A DNA stretch of 64,000 nucleotides, from positions 9,860,001 through 9,924,000 of the forward strand of contig CM075988.1 of NCBI GenBank assembly GCA_038087875.1, written 5' to 3'. Both the position numbers and the translations under genes were made by a program. Shown here piece after piece: positions 1-9,493 of the stretch (position 1 is the first letter of the stretch; every line of letters starts with the position of its first letter). The DNA comes from Malacoraja senta (Eukaryota). The notes beneath the pieces were generated by a model, which saw nothing but the letters and a program-made list of their open reading frames with translations, was not told the origin of the DNA and did no database searches.

Positions 1-49
1 GGGGATGTAGTATAGACATTGTAAGATGTAATTGTCTGCCAAGCAACTG

Positions 50-412
50 GGTCAAGAGGATGCTATGTGGCTACTATAGAGCTTAAAGATGTGGATTACT
101 CATTGTCCGTTCATTTACAGGATAGAGGATATTTGAAATTCACCTGGATGGATCAACTATGGCACAAAATTGTTAAAACCTATAATAGGCATGCTGAGAG
201 GCCAGGGTCAGTTGCTCATGGCTTATCTCGATGATATCTTGATTACAGGGGTATCCAAGAGAACAGCTGAAGTAACCGGTGGTAGTTGTTAAATCCAATT
301 TTTAAAGATTGGGCATTATTCATCCAGTGAAATCCAAATTAACACCTGACTATTTGGGTCACAATTGATTCAATTAAGTGACTCTGCCCAGGGAAAAAGG
401 GTAGAGCTTGTT
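50..412 (+). pseudogene. DIRS reverse transcriptase relic
   Basis: Manual translation gives ATIELKDVDYSLSVHLQDRGYLKFTW...KLLKPIIGMLRGQGQLLMAYLDDILITG (YLDD at 224-235), with a deletion and frameshifts. Confidence 0.85.
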
Positions 413-552
413 GACAGCGGTATCAGAGTTGGGACTGGACGGAGAGGTGACTGAGTAGAGAGGTAGCTCCAGACCAGGACACTGAGAGTAGGAGAGAGAG
501 TAGAAATTAATGACCGACCGTACGACCGTCCGGAGAAAGATTCTAGAGGCCC

Positions 553-1752
553 ATGGCTTCAGGGAGTGGTGGTTCTGAGGGTGGTGGGTGGCAGACTGTA
601 GGTAAGGAAAAGGGGGGCTCTAAGAGAGAGGCATCGAGCGAAAGACCTGAAATGTCAGGAGATGAAGGAAGTAAAGTTAGGAGAACTAAAATTATTGAAG
701 AATTCGTCGTGCTGTTTAAAGTTAAAGGAACAAATCACGGAGATGCAGGATTTAGAGCAGTGAATCCATTAAAAATTACCACCGCTTTGGAGAGCCAGAT
801 AGGTAGGGATTTTCAGGCCAAGATTCTGTATAATGGGATGTTAAGAGTTTGTTGCAAAGACAGAAAACAGTTTAATGACGCTAGGGGTGTGGGGAAGTTG
901 GTGGTCAAGGTGGAGAGTTTGGTCCCTAGAGGAAGAGAGCAGGGAATAAAGGGAGTGGTGTATGGGATGTATGATGGCTTGTCTGAGAAGGAGATCTTAG
1001 AAAATGTTAAGGGGGCCCAGGTAATTGATGTTGTGAGATTTAAGAGTAGGAATGGAGTCAGGGACCAGCCGGTCCTGCTTACGTTCAAAGATGGAGTACT
1101 GCCACAGAGAGTGTTTCTTGGGAGTATGGCGTATCAAGTGAGGGAGTACATTAAACCACCGTTGCGCTGCTATAACTGTCAGAGGTTTGGACATGTTGCT
1201 GGGTCTTGTCGGGGTAAAAGAAAGTGCGCAAAGTGCGGTGGAGATCATGCAATAAAAAATTGCAAGGCAGAGGCTCCTAAGTGCCCTAACTGTGATGGGG
1301 ATCATGCAGCAGGGTTTCATGGTTGTAAGCGCTTTGTTCAGGCGAAGCGAGTACAGGAAGTGAAGGATCAGAACAACGTGTCATATGCAGAGGCAGCTCA
1401 AAGGGTGGCTAGAGAACGCGGAGATGTGAGCGCTGGGACTAGAGTGGTGCTAGGAAGCCAGATCACTGTGCCAAACTTGCCGTCGGCTTTTCCATCTGAT
1501 ATGTTGATTTTTAATAAGGAGTCATTTCTGTCTTTTGTTTCTGATGTGCTGGTAGGAGCTAAGAAAGCAGCTAACCGGTCAGATATCATCAGGTTAGTGG
1601 TGGGGGCAGCTGAAAGGTTCCTCAGTGTAAATCAGTTGCCAGAAAAGTTGCATCAATACATGATGGAGAGTCAGTGTATGGAGAGGTCACAGTTGTCGAG
1701 AGCTAGCAGTATGGAGTATGTCAGTGAGGTGGATGATGGTGATCCTCATTAA
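553..1752 (+). CDS. LINE ORF1p, gag-like nucleic-acid-binding protein with three zinc knuckles
   Basis: 399 aa; CYNCQRFGHVAGSC, CAKCGGDHAIKNC, CPNCDGDHAAGFHGC followed by the SYAEA motif typical of I/Jockey-group ORF1. Confidence 0.93.
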   Translation: MASGSGGSEGGGWQTVGKEKGGSKREASSERPEMSGDEGSKVRRTKIIEEFVVLFKVKGTNHGDAGFRAVNPLKITTALESQIGRDFQAKILYNGMLRVCCKDRKQFNDARGVGKLVVKVESLVPRGREQGIKGVVYGMYDGLSEKEILENVKGAQVIDVVRFKSRNGVRDQPVLLTFKDGVLPQRVFLGSMAYQVREYIKPPLRCYNCQRFGHVAGSCRGKRKCAKCGGDHAIKNCKAEAPKCPNCDGDHAAGFHGCKRFVQAKRVQEVKDQNNVSYAEAAQRVARERGDVSAGTRVVLGSQITVPNLPSAFPSDMLIFNKESFLSFVSDVLVGAKKAANRSDIIRLVVGAAERFLSVNQLPEKLHQYMMESQCMERSQLSRASSMEYVSEVDDGDPH

Positions 1753-4700
1753 CATCATAATGTTTTATATACTTCAATGGAACGCCCGGAGTCTGATTGG
1801 AAATGGTCAAGAGTTAAAGAGATTTGTTGATGAATTTAAAGAAGCACCAGAATTAATATGTATCCAAGAGACATGGTTAAAGCCCTGTTTAGATTTTGTA
1901 ATCCCAGGTTATGAATGTGTGCAATTAGATAGGTCTGATAGATCAGGTGGGGGTTGTGCAACTTTTGTTAAGACTGGGTTGCAGTATAGGAAAGTTGATA
2001 TTAATTCTAATCTTGAAGTTTTGGCTGTGGAAGTTTGGAGCAGCCAGAATTCTATCATTGTGATAAATTATTATAACCCCTGTCAACCCTTGATATTGTC
2101 AGATTTTGATGAGATAATGGAGAAGGTAAGGTGTCCTGTTCTATGGATTGGAGATTTTAATGCGCATAATCCTTTATGGGGTAGTGATCACAGGGATAAA
2201 AATGGTGTTATTGTTGAAGAATTTCTAGACAAGTATGAGTTGGTATTGTTAAATGATGGAAGGCCGTCTAGGTATAATATTGTGAGAAACACCTGCAGCC
2301 ACATAGATTTATCAATTGCTTCATCAAATTTCGCAAGAATTGGTGAATGGGATGTAATGGATAGATATACACTGGGTAGTGATCATTATCCAATTTTATG
2401 TAGGTTTGGTAGGGATTTGAGGAGAGAAGTGGAAAAGAAAGTCCCTAGATATAACTTTTATCAGGCCAAATGGGATAAATTCCAAGAGAAGGCTCAAAGT
2501 TTAGTTGGAGAGGTTAATAGTGAGGGTTCTGTAGATAGTTGGAATACTTCCATTAGTCTCATGATTCATGAGGCAGCTTGTTGTACTATTCCTGTGAAGC
2601 AGGAACTTAGGTCCCGTATGTCTGTTCCTTGGTGGAATAAAGAATGTGATGAAGCTGTAAGGAATAGGAATATAGCCTATCGAAAATTAAGAAAGTATCC
2701 AATTTTGGTCAATGCAATGGAGTACAAGAGGCTAAGGGCAGTAGCAAGACGAGTTGTAAAGGATGCAAAGAGGAATAGTTGGAGGAAGTTTTGTGGTACG
2801 CTAGGCCCGGAAACTCCAGTAAGGCATTTGTGGTCAGCTGTGCGTAGAATGTCAGGAGTATATAAAAGAAGTTTGTTACCAGTGTTGCAGAAGGGTGAGG
2901 TGGTAGCAGTCACCAATAAGGAAAAAGCAGACATGTGTGTTGACAGTTTTCAAGCAGTGCATAGATCAGAGAGCATGGGAGTGGAGAGGTGTAGAAAGAG
3001 AACCGAGATGATGGCAGTTAATCAGTGGAAGCTGGAGAGGAGTTTAGTAAATGATAATACCTTTAATTTGTTTTTTACCATAAAAGAGTTGAAGGATGCA
3101 ATTATGTCTGGGGCAAATACCACCCCGGGGAGAGATAGGTTGTCGTATGAGTTATTTAAACATCTGGATGATATTGTACTTGATGAAATCTTAGCTTTGT
3201 TTAATACTGTGTGGGCAGAGGGTTATTTACCAAAGGAATGGAAACATGCAGTCGTGGTCCCTATTTTAAAACCGGGTAAAGAGGCATCTGACCCTAGTTC
3301 ATATCGCCCTATAGCGCTCACAGCAGTGCTCTGTAAAATTATGGAGAGGATGGTAACCAACAGACTAGTTTATTTTTTAGAAACCAGAGGACTATTTGTT
3401 GATGTACAGAATGGCTTTAGGAATGGAAGGTCTACAATGGAGTCTGTATCAGTTTTGGATCAGGATATTAAAAGGGCATTTAGAAGCAAGGAAACAGTAG
3501 TGAGTGTATTCCTTGATATTGAGAAGGCATATGATTCTTTGTGGAAGGAGGGATTAATGATTAAAATTTTTGACTTGGGAAACAGGGGACGAATGTTCAA
3601 CTGGATTAAGGATTTTTTATTGAATAGAACAATACAAGTAATGGTTGGTAGTGTCAGATCGGAGTCTGTAGAAATAGAGAATGGAACCCCGCAGGGAAGT
3701 GTTATCAGTCCAGTTTTATTTAATATCATGATAAATGACATATTTTGTAAATTAGAGAGAGGATTTGGTCTGTCTTTGTTTGCAGATGACGGGGCCATCT
3801 GGAAAAGAGGTTGTAATGTAGAGTTTGTTTTAAAACAGATTCAAAGAGTGTTAGTGTCTGTAGAGGAATGGGGGAACACATGGGGCTTTAAAATCTCTGC
3901 CTCTAAGACTAAATATATGGTATTTGGTTTTAAAAGAAAGTTACCTAAGTTAGGGCTGTATATGTATGGGTCTCTATTGGAGAAGGTAAAGGTTTTTAAG
4001 TTTTTGGGTGTTTGGTTTGAAGAGCGTATGACTTGGGCTGTGCATGTAGGTAAAATTGTGTTGAAGTGTGAAAAAGTTCTGAATGTTATGAGAAGTCTGG
4101 TTGGGTGTGAGTGGGGGGCCAACAGGGAGACAATGTTGCTAATTTATCAGGCCATGATCAGATCTTCTCTTGACTATGGGTGTTTTGTGTATGGGTCTGC
4201 GTCTAAAACTGTTCTGGCTAGGCTAGATGTGTTGCAGGCAAAGGCTTTGAGGCTTTGCTGTGGAGCCTTCAGGACTTCCCCAGTCCCTGCCCTGATTGTT
4301 GAAATGGGAGAAATGCCCTTATGGTTAAGGCGCATTAAGCTAGGGTTACATTATTGGGCTAAACTTTGTGGGTGTAATGTTACCTTCCCAGCAAGGTGTT
4401 TGTTGCAAGAGGTTGATGATGGTAACAAATATAACACATTTTTTGTCGTTATAAATCAGTGGGCTAGGAAGCTGGGTTTGGAACAAGGGGGTATTATAGA
4501 GCATACAATAAGGCTACCTGTGCCCTATTGGGTTCTTCCTGAACTGTTTATTGAGCTTGCTTTTCTTCAGGAAAAAGATAAGCGCGAGGTGACTCCAAGA
4601 ATAGTGGAATATCTTAATTCAATCAGTGAGAGTACTTTGATTGTTTTTACAGATGGATCTAAAGATCCAGTTAGTGGGAGAGCTGGGTTTGGAGTGTATG

Positions 4701-5497
4701 TGGAGCAGCTTGGGTTGAAGATTGGCCGGCGCATTTCTGATGGAAGTTCTGTTCTCACGACTGAATTAATGGCAATTCAATGGGCTCTATGGTGGATTGA
4801 GGAAGCCAGTTTTAGAGAAGTCATTATCTGTTCTGATTCTGCAGCTGCTCTTGAAACTTTAAGAGTAGGGAAATCTAAAGCTCGTCCTGACATTCTAAAT
4901 GAAATCTTGAGTGTGTTTTCTAGAATTGGGTTTGCGTGTAACATCACTTTTTGCTGGGTTCCCGGGCATGCTGGGGTGAGGGGGAATGAGCAGGTGGACC
5001 TCATAGCAAAGGAGAGTTTAAGAAGAGAAATAGATATCCATGTATCATTGGGGAGAGTGGAACTGAGAGAAATAATTAAAGAGGGCTTAACAAAAGAATG
5101 GCAGAGAGGATGGGAAATGGAAGTCAGGGGTAGACACTACTTTTCTATACAATCTGAAGTTAGGAAAATATGTTTCTGTACATCTCTGTCCCGTAGGGAC
5201 TCAGTTAAACTGTGTAGATTGAGGTTGGGACACTGTGGGTTAAATTACTATTTGTGCATTGTAGGGAAACATGTTTCTGGCTTGTGTGAATGTGGGAGTA
5301 ATGAGACAGTTAAGCATGTTTTCCTAGAATGTAAAAAGTATAGGGTAGAAAGAAAAGTATTATTTGTTAGACTGACAGGACTTGGAGTTGAGGCTTTTTC
5401 TGTTTTATCTTTGTTTGGACACAATGAGAAACATCAACTGATATCCAGGGCTGTTCTTCAATTCCTGCAAGTTACAGGACTGTATATAAGAATTTAG
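1718..5497 (+). CDS. LINE ORF2p: AP endonuclease - reverse transcriptase - RNase H - C-terminal CCHC (true start may be ATG 1733 or 1760)
   Basis: 1259 aa open frame; APE (QWNA, QETW, GDFNAH, SDHYP), RT (YRPIAL, QNGFR, DIEKAYD, GTPQGS, FADD, KFLG), RNase H (FTDGSK, CSDS, WVPGHAGVRGNEQVD), CECG..ETVKHVFLEC. Confidence 0.96.
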   Translation: MSVRWMMVILINIIMFYILQWNARSLIGNGQELKRFVDEFKEAPELICIQETWLKPCLDFVIPGYECVQLDRSDRSGGGCATFVKTGLQYRKVDINSNLEVLAVEVWSSQNSIIVINYYNPCQPLILSDFDEIMEKVRCPVLWIGDFNAHNPLWGSDHRDKNGVIVEEFLDKYELVLLNDGRPSRYNIVRNTCSHIDLSIASSNFARIGEWDVMDRYTLGSDHYPILCRFGRDLRREVEKKVPRYNFYQAKWDKFQEKAQSLVGEVNSEGSVDSWNTSISLMIHEAACCTIPVKQELRSRMSVPWWNKECDEAVRNRNIAYRKLRKYPILVNAMEYKRLRAVARRVVKDAKRNSWRKFCGTLGPETPVRHLWSAVRRMSGVYKRSLLPVLQKGEVVAVTNKEKADMCVDSFQAVHRSESMGVERCRKRTEMMAVNQWKLERSLVNDNTFNLFFTIKELKDAIMSGANTTPGRDRLSYELFKHLDDIVLDEILALFNTVWAEGYLPKEWKHAVVVPILKPGKEASDPSSYRPIALTAVLCKIMERMVTNRLVYFLETRGLFVDVQNGFRNGRSTMESVSVLDQDIKRAFRSKETVVSVFLDIEKAYDSLWKEGLMIKIFDLGNRGRMFNWIKDFLLNRTIQVMVGSVRSESVEIENGTPQGSVISPVLFNIMINDIFCKLERGFGLSLFADDGAIWKRGCNVEFVLKQIQRVLVSVEEWGNTWGFKISASKTKYMVFGFKRKLPKLGLYMYGSLLEKVKVFKFLGVWFEERMTWAVHVGKIVLKCEKVLNVMRSLVGCEWGANRETMLLIYQAMIRSSLDYGCFVYGSASKTVLARLDVLQAKALRLCCGAFRTSPVPALIVEMGEMPLWLRRIKLGLHYWAKLCGCNVTFPARCLLQEVDDGNKYNTFFVVINQWARKLGLEQGGIIEHTIRLPVPYWVLPELFIELAFLQEKDKREVTPRIVEYLNSISESTLIVFTDGSKDPVSGRAGFGVYVEQLGLKIGRRISDGSSVLTTELMAIQWALWWIEEASFREVIICSDSAAALETLRVGKSKARPDILNEILSVFSRIGFACNITFCWVPGHAGVRGNEQVDLIAKESLRREIDIHVSLGRVELREIIKEGLTKEWQRGWEMEVRGRHYFSIQSEVRKICFCTSLSRRDSVKLCRLRLGHCGLNYYLCIVGKHVSGLCECGSNETVKHVFLECKKYRVERKVLFVRLTGLGVEAFSVLSLFGHNEKHQLISRAVLQFLQVTGLYIRI

Positions 5498-5588
5498 TTC
5501 AAACTTTGACCTGTGGAGGGCAGTAATACGCTTAGCAGCGTCTACACTGCCGGAATCCTACAAGAAGAAGAAGAAGACAGCGGTATCA

Positions 5589-6517
5589 AGCTAATGGAGG
5601 CACTAAGGATACATTTGGGTCATTATAATAGACCCATGCAGTTATCAGCAGAGGCTGTTTCTGATTTGCAATGGTGGATTCACCATGTGTCTAGGAGTTC
5701 TAGCAAGGTAGTGCTTGACCAGCCTTCCATGATTTTGCAGATGAATGTCAGTGCACTCGGGTGGGGTGTCACGGATATGAGTTTCAGCTGTGGAGGCAGA
5801 TGGACTGAGCAAGAGGCATCGCTTCTGCAGACATGGAGAATTAACTATTAAGAGCTTTTTATGGATAAGGCTCATTGCTCTAACAAAGGTATCCTGCATG
5901 TTCAGTTTCAGATTGACAATACTATGGCAGTGGCATATATATTAATCACATCGGTGGAATCAAGTCGGTATCTTGTGACAGATTGGCTAATCAAATTTGG
6001 GCCTGGTGCATTGAAAAAGATATTTGGTTTTCAGCTATTTATCTACCAGGTAGATTCAACATAGTAGCAGACGCCAAGTCACGAAAGTTCCATGACAACA
6101 CAGATTGGATGTTGAACCAGGAGGTGTTCAATAATATAGTACTTATATATGAATGCCAAATATCGATTGTTTTGCATCGATGTTTAACCACCAGCTGCCT
6201 AAATATGTTTCATGGGAACCAGACCAGGGGGCAGTTGCAATTGATGCTTTCTCGCTACATTGTGGTGGTATGTTTTTATATATTTTCCCACCATTCTGCC
6301 TCATAGGTCGGAGTCTGAAAAAATCAAGCAGGATGCCACTTTGGGGGTGCTTGTAATACTTAATTGCCCGACTCCAGCATGGTTCCCTTTGATGTTACAG
6401 TTAGCGATCCAACCTCCTTTGGTGGTTCCCAAGCATAGGAATTTACTGGAGCATCCGCTAACACGGGAAAGTCATCCGTTATGTGATCGTATTGACTTGT
6501 TAATTTGCAGGATTTAA
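5589..6517 (+). pseudogene. DIRS RNase H and Dam-like methyltransferase relic (frameshifted)
   Basis: LQWWI, (D)VSALGWG, IDNTMAVAYI, YLPGRFNIVADAKSR, then IDCFAS..NHQL..Y, DAFS, YIFPPF, AWFP across ORF fragments 5513-6517. Confidence 0.88.
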
Positions 6518-6539
6518 GGCCATACCTGGGGCGAGGACT

Positions 6540-6742
6540 GTGTGGGCGAACGGTGGACATGCTCACTGCAGCCTGGAGAAAGAGTACTCAAAAGCGTTAT
6601 ATTACTTATGTAAAAAATGGGAGCAATATTGTGTACAAAATAATATTGACTATAGTACTGCAGGTATTGTGGATATTTTAGAGTTCCTGTCGACACTCTA
6701 CAATGATGAGGGGCTCAGTTATAGCACCATTAATTCAGCTTT
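6540..6742 (+). pseudogene. DIRS tyrosine recombinase relic, N-terminal piece
   Basis: KKWEQYC...ILEFLSTLYNDEGLSYSTINSA; continues at 7512 after the L1 insertion; same text as ORF 21449-21781 of copy B. Confidence 0.85.
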
Positions 6743-7511
6743 TTATTTATTTATTTATTTATTTATTTTTAATTTATTAGAAGTACATTACATTACAACC
6801 AATTACATTAGTACTCGTCACGTATATCTTATTACAATTAATGTACGTCATTTTTTACACTAATAAAGGGAGAGGATGAGTGAGAGAAAGGAGAAAGTGA
6901 AGGAAAAAAGTGAAAGTGTAAAAAACGTGACAACAAAAAAGAACAAAGACCCTATAAGAAAGAAATTTAAAAAACAAGAATTAAGAAATAGACCCTAAAA
7001 AATAAGAAAAAAGAGAAAGAGGGAAAAGAGAAAAACAAATACTTTGTTGTAAGCATCACGTAAATGGGATATACCAACTCTCCAGCTTTCATCCCCCCTT
7101 ACCTGACCACAGGTTTTTTTTAAGTACTTTTGCACCCTATACTTGTAATAATTCTATAAATGCAGACCACGTCAGGTGGAAGTGATCTGGTTTAACTGCC
7201 AGGAGGAGTCTTATCTCTTCTAGGTGTAATGTTTCGAACATATTTGAAATCCACATGTTTATAGTTGGTATTAGAGCGTTTTTCCAGAATTTTAGGATTA
7301 ACTTTTTTTCAGTTATTAACCCATAGTCTATTAATTTCTTTTGGAACACTATAGCGCACTCTTTTGTTTTCTGTACAAAAATTCAAAAGTTTTGGATTGA
7401 AATTTTTGAAATCTTTACAAAATTATTTAAAATAAAACTGATACCCAAAGCAGAATGGATTATCTTCGGAACAACGGAAGATGGTCCAGAACTAAATGTG
7501 TTCCAAAAGAA
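6743..7511 (-). mobile_element. 5'-truncated L1-clade LINE with 5' inversion
   Basis: (TAAA)n tail at 6743-6770 on minus; minus-strand ORF2 C-terminus LILKFWKN..PTINMW..LEEIR..F..TW (7137-7349); plus-strand segment 7350-7511 translates as TIAHSFVFCTKIQKFW...; 14-bp TSD ATTAAT(T/A)CAGCTTT at 6729-6742 and 7512-7525. Confidence 0.85.
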
Positions 7512-7664
7512 ATTAATACAGCTTTAAGTGCTTTGTCCTCGTATATTTTGTTGGGACAGGAAAAGATCCTATTGGGTTTTCATCATCTCATAGCTCGATT
7601 GATGAAAGGAATTTCAACTCCAAACCTCCTAAACCCAGGAATAGGGCGATCTGGGATGTAAGTG
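7512..7664 (+). pseudogene. DIRS tyrosine recombinase relic, middle piece
   Basis: INTALSALSSY...HHLIARLMKGI; matches copy B about 21445-21600 (reverse complement). Confidence 0.85.
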
Positions 7665-7816
7665 GAACGCGGGGCTTGCTTCTTACAGAGGCCCGAGAGC
7701 CGTTGGAGAGGTCACAGAGGGAGGAGCTACACCCGAGCGGTAGGAGTTAAAGTGGAGCGCGGGGCTTGCTTCTTACAGAGGCCCGAGAGCCGTTGGAGAG
7801 GTCGCAGAGGGAGGAG
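7660..7816 (+). repeat. CR1 5' UTR tandem repeat, 90-bp period, about 1.7 copies
   Basis: AAGTGGA(A/G)CGCGGGGCTTGCTTCTTACAGAGGCCCGAG... begins at 7660 and 7750. Confidence 0.9.
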
Positions 7817-7965
7817 GAACCCAAATCTGCAACGTTCCAAGTTCCACTCGCACTTCAAAAACAAGTGGGCTTAAGGAAGCCGCTGATTGGTGGAAGTAGA
7901 CAAGAGGGAGCAGCTGATTGGGAGTCAGATCCCTGCTGATTGTACTGTATTGTAGCAGTTTGTTT

Positions 7966-8281
7966 TGTATTGTATCCTAGGTAAGGGGAGTATGAGGGCC
8001 AGGGCAGTTTACTGTTCTGGATGTTAGATGTATTGTATCCAGGGTAAGGGGAGTATGAGGGCCAGGGCAGTTTACTGTTCTAGATGTTAGATGTATTGTA
8101 TCCAGTGTAAGGGGAGTATGAGGGCCAGGGCAGTTTACTGTTCTGGATGTTAGATGTATTGTATCCTGGGTAAGGGGAGTATGAGGGCCAGGGCAGTTTA
8201 CTGTTCTAGATGTTAGATGTATTGTATCCATGGTAAGGGGAGTATGAGGGCCAGGGCAGTTTACTGTTCTGGATGTCAGAT
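7966..8281 (+). repeat. Five tandem 63-bp units spanning the CR1 ORF1 start
   Basis: GTAAGGGGAGTATGAGGGCCAGG begins at 7981, 8044, 8107, 8170 and 8233. Confidence 0.95.
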
Positions 8282-9176
8282 GTGGGAAGTCATGGAGTCT
8301 GATAGCCCTCCAGACGTCCACATCTGCGCCAGGTGCATCGAGATGGGGCTCCTAAGGGACCGTATTAGGAACCTGGAGCAGCAGCTTGATGACCTCCGTC
8401 TGGTCAGGGAGAGCGAGGAAGTCATTGAGAGGAGTTACAGGGAGGTGGTCACTCCAAGACCACAGGAGGCAAGCAAGTGGGTCACGGTTGGGAGAGGCAA
8501 GAGGCACAGGCAGGGACTAGAGAGTACCCCGGTGGCTGTACACCTTGACAATAAGTACTCCTGTTTGAGCACTGTTGGGGGGAACAGCCTACCTGGGGGT
8601 AGCGACAGCGGCTGGGCCTCCGATACAGAGACCAGTCCTGTTGCTCAGAAGGGTCAGGAAAAGAAGAGGAGGGCAATACTAATAGGGGAATCTATAGTTA
8701 GGGGGTCAGACAGGCGATTCTGTGGACACAGTCGGGAGACCCGGATGGTAGTTTGCCTCCCTGGTGCCAGGGTCTGTGATGTGTCTCAACGTGTCCAAGA
8801 TATCCTGAAAGGGGAGGGAGCGGAGCCCGAGGTCGTGGTACATATAGGTACCAATGACATAGGTAAAAAAAGAGAAGAGGTCCTGAAAGGAGAATTTACG
8901 CAATTAGGAGGGGAGTTAAAGAGGACAGCAAAGGTAACAATCTCGGGATTACTGCCTGTGCCACGCGACAGTGAGAGTAGGAATGGAGCGAGGTGGAGGA
9001 TAAATGCATGGCTGAAGGACTGGTGCAGAGGGCAGGGATTCAAATTTCTGGATCATTGGGACCTCTTTTGTGGAAGGTGCGACCTGTACAAAAAGGATGC
9101 GTTGCACTTGAACCTGAGGGGGACCGATATCCTGGCGGGGAGATCTGCAAAGGCTACTGGGGAGACTTTAAACTAG
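8217..9176 (+). CDS. CR1 ORF1p: Cys-rich finger, coiled coil and SGNH esterase-like domain (likely start ATG 8244)
   Basis: CSGC...CARC, heptad LRDRIRNLEQQLDDL, IGESIVRG, CLPGA, VHIGTND, ISGLLP, DALHLN. Confidence 0.88.
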   Translation: MYCIHGKGSMRARAVYCSGCQMWEVMESDSPPDVHICARCIEMGLLRDRIRNLEQQLDDLRLVRESEEVIERSYREVVTPRPQEASKWVTVGRGKRHRQGLESTPVAVHLDNKYSCLSTVGGNSLPGGSDSGWASDTETSPVAQKGQEKKRRAILIGESIVRGSDRRFCGHSRETRMVVCLPGARVCDVSQRVQDILKGEGAEPEVVVHIGTNDIGKKREEVLKGEFTQLGGELKRTAKVTISGLLPVPRDSESRNGARWRINAWLKDWCRGQGFKFLDHWDLFCGRCDLYKKDALHLNLRGTDILAGRSAKATGETLN

Positions 9177-9493
9177 AATGGTTGGGGGGAGGGACTCAAA
9201 TAGAGAAAGCTATTAGACAGTGTGTGAGGCAGGAGGCAGAGAAGGAAAGCACTCAGCCCCAACATGTAGGGGGGAAATAAGAAAACAATAATAAACAGAG
9301 AAAAAGAGGTGGTGGGTTTCTTAAATGGGTGAGCAGAGAAACTGAGGGGTGTAAAATGCGGGTGGAAGCAATAGGTAGCAAGGTGAAAAGTAAAAGTGGC
9401 AGGCAGATAAATCCAGGGCAAAAATGAAAAAGGGCCACTTTTCAACATAATTGTATAAGGGGTAAGAGCGTTGTAAAAACAAGCCTGAAGGCT

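Larger units (their letters stand above)
426..5575 (+). mobile_element. Full-length Nimb-like (I-group) LINE
   Basis: Perfect 13-bp TSD GACAGCGGTATCA at 413-425 and 5576-5588; short 3' UTR ending in (AAG)5; two uninterrupted ORFs; RNase H downstream of RT. Confidence 0.93.

Noticed and set aside
426..552. HDV-like ribozyme at the Nimb 5' end
   Set aside because: No P1/P2/P3 arrangement or L3 motif could be drawn
813..5004. Numerous short minus-strand ORFs
   Set aside because: Antisense shadows of the Nimb ORFs; the same applies to those opposite the CR1 and Penelope ORFs
5513..5851. 112-aa ORF with a poly-Glu run as a novel fusion gene
   Set aside because: GTG-started read-through from the Nimb AAG tail and TSD into decayed DIRS RNase H sequence
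6153..6517. Horizontally acquired phage-type adenine methyltransferase
   Set aside because: A known standard domain of DIRS1-type elements, and frameshifted here
7966..8321. CRISPR-like array, or a 21-aa repeat protein on the minus strand
   Set aside because: Units are contiguous with no unique spacers, the DNA is eukaryotic, and the minus ORF is the antisense of the CR1 tandem repeat
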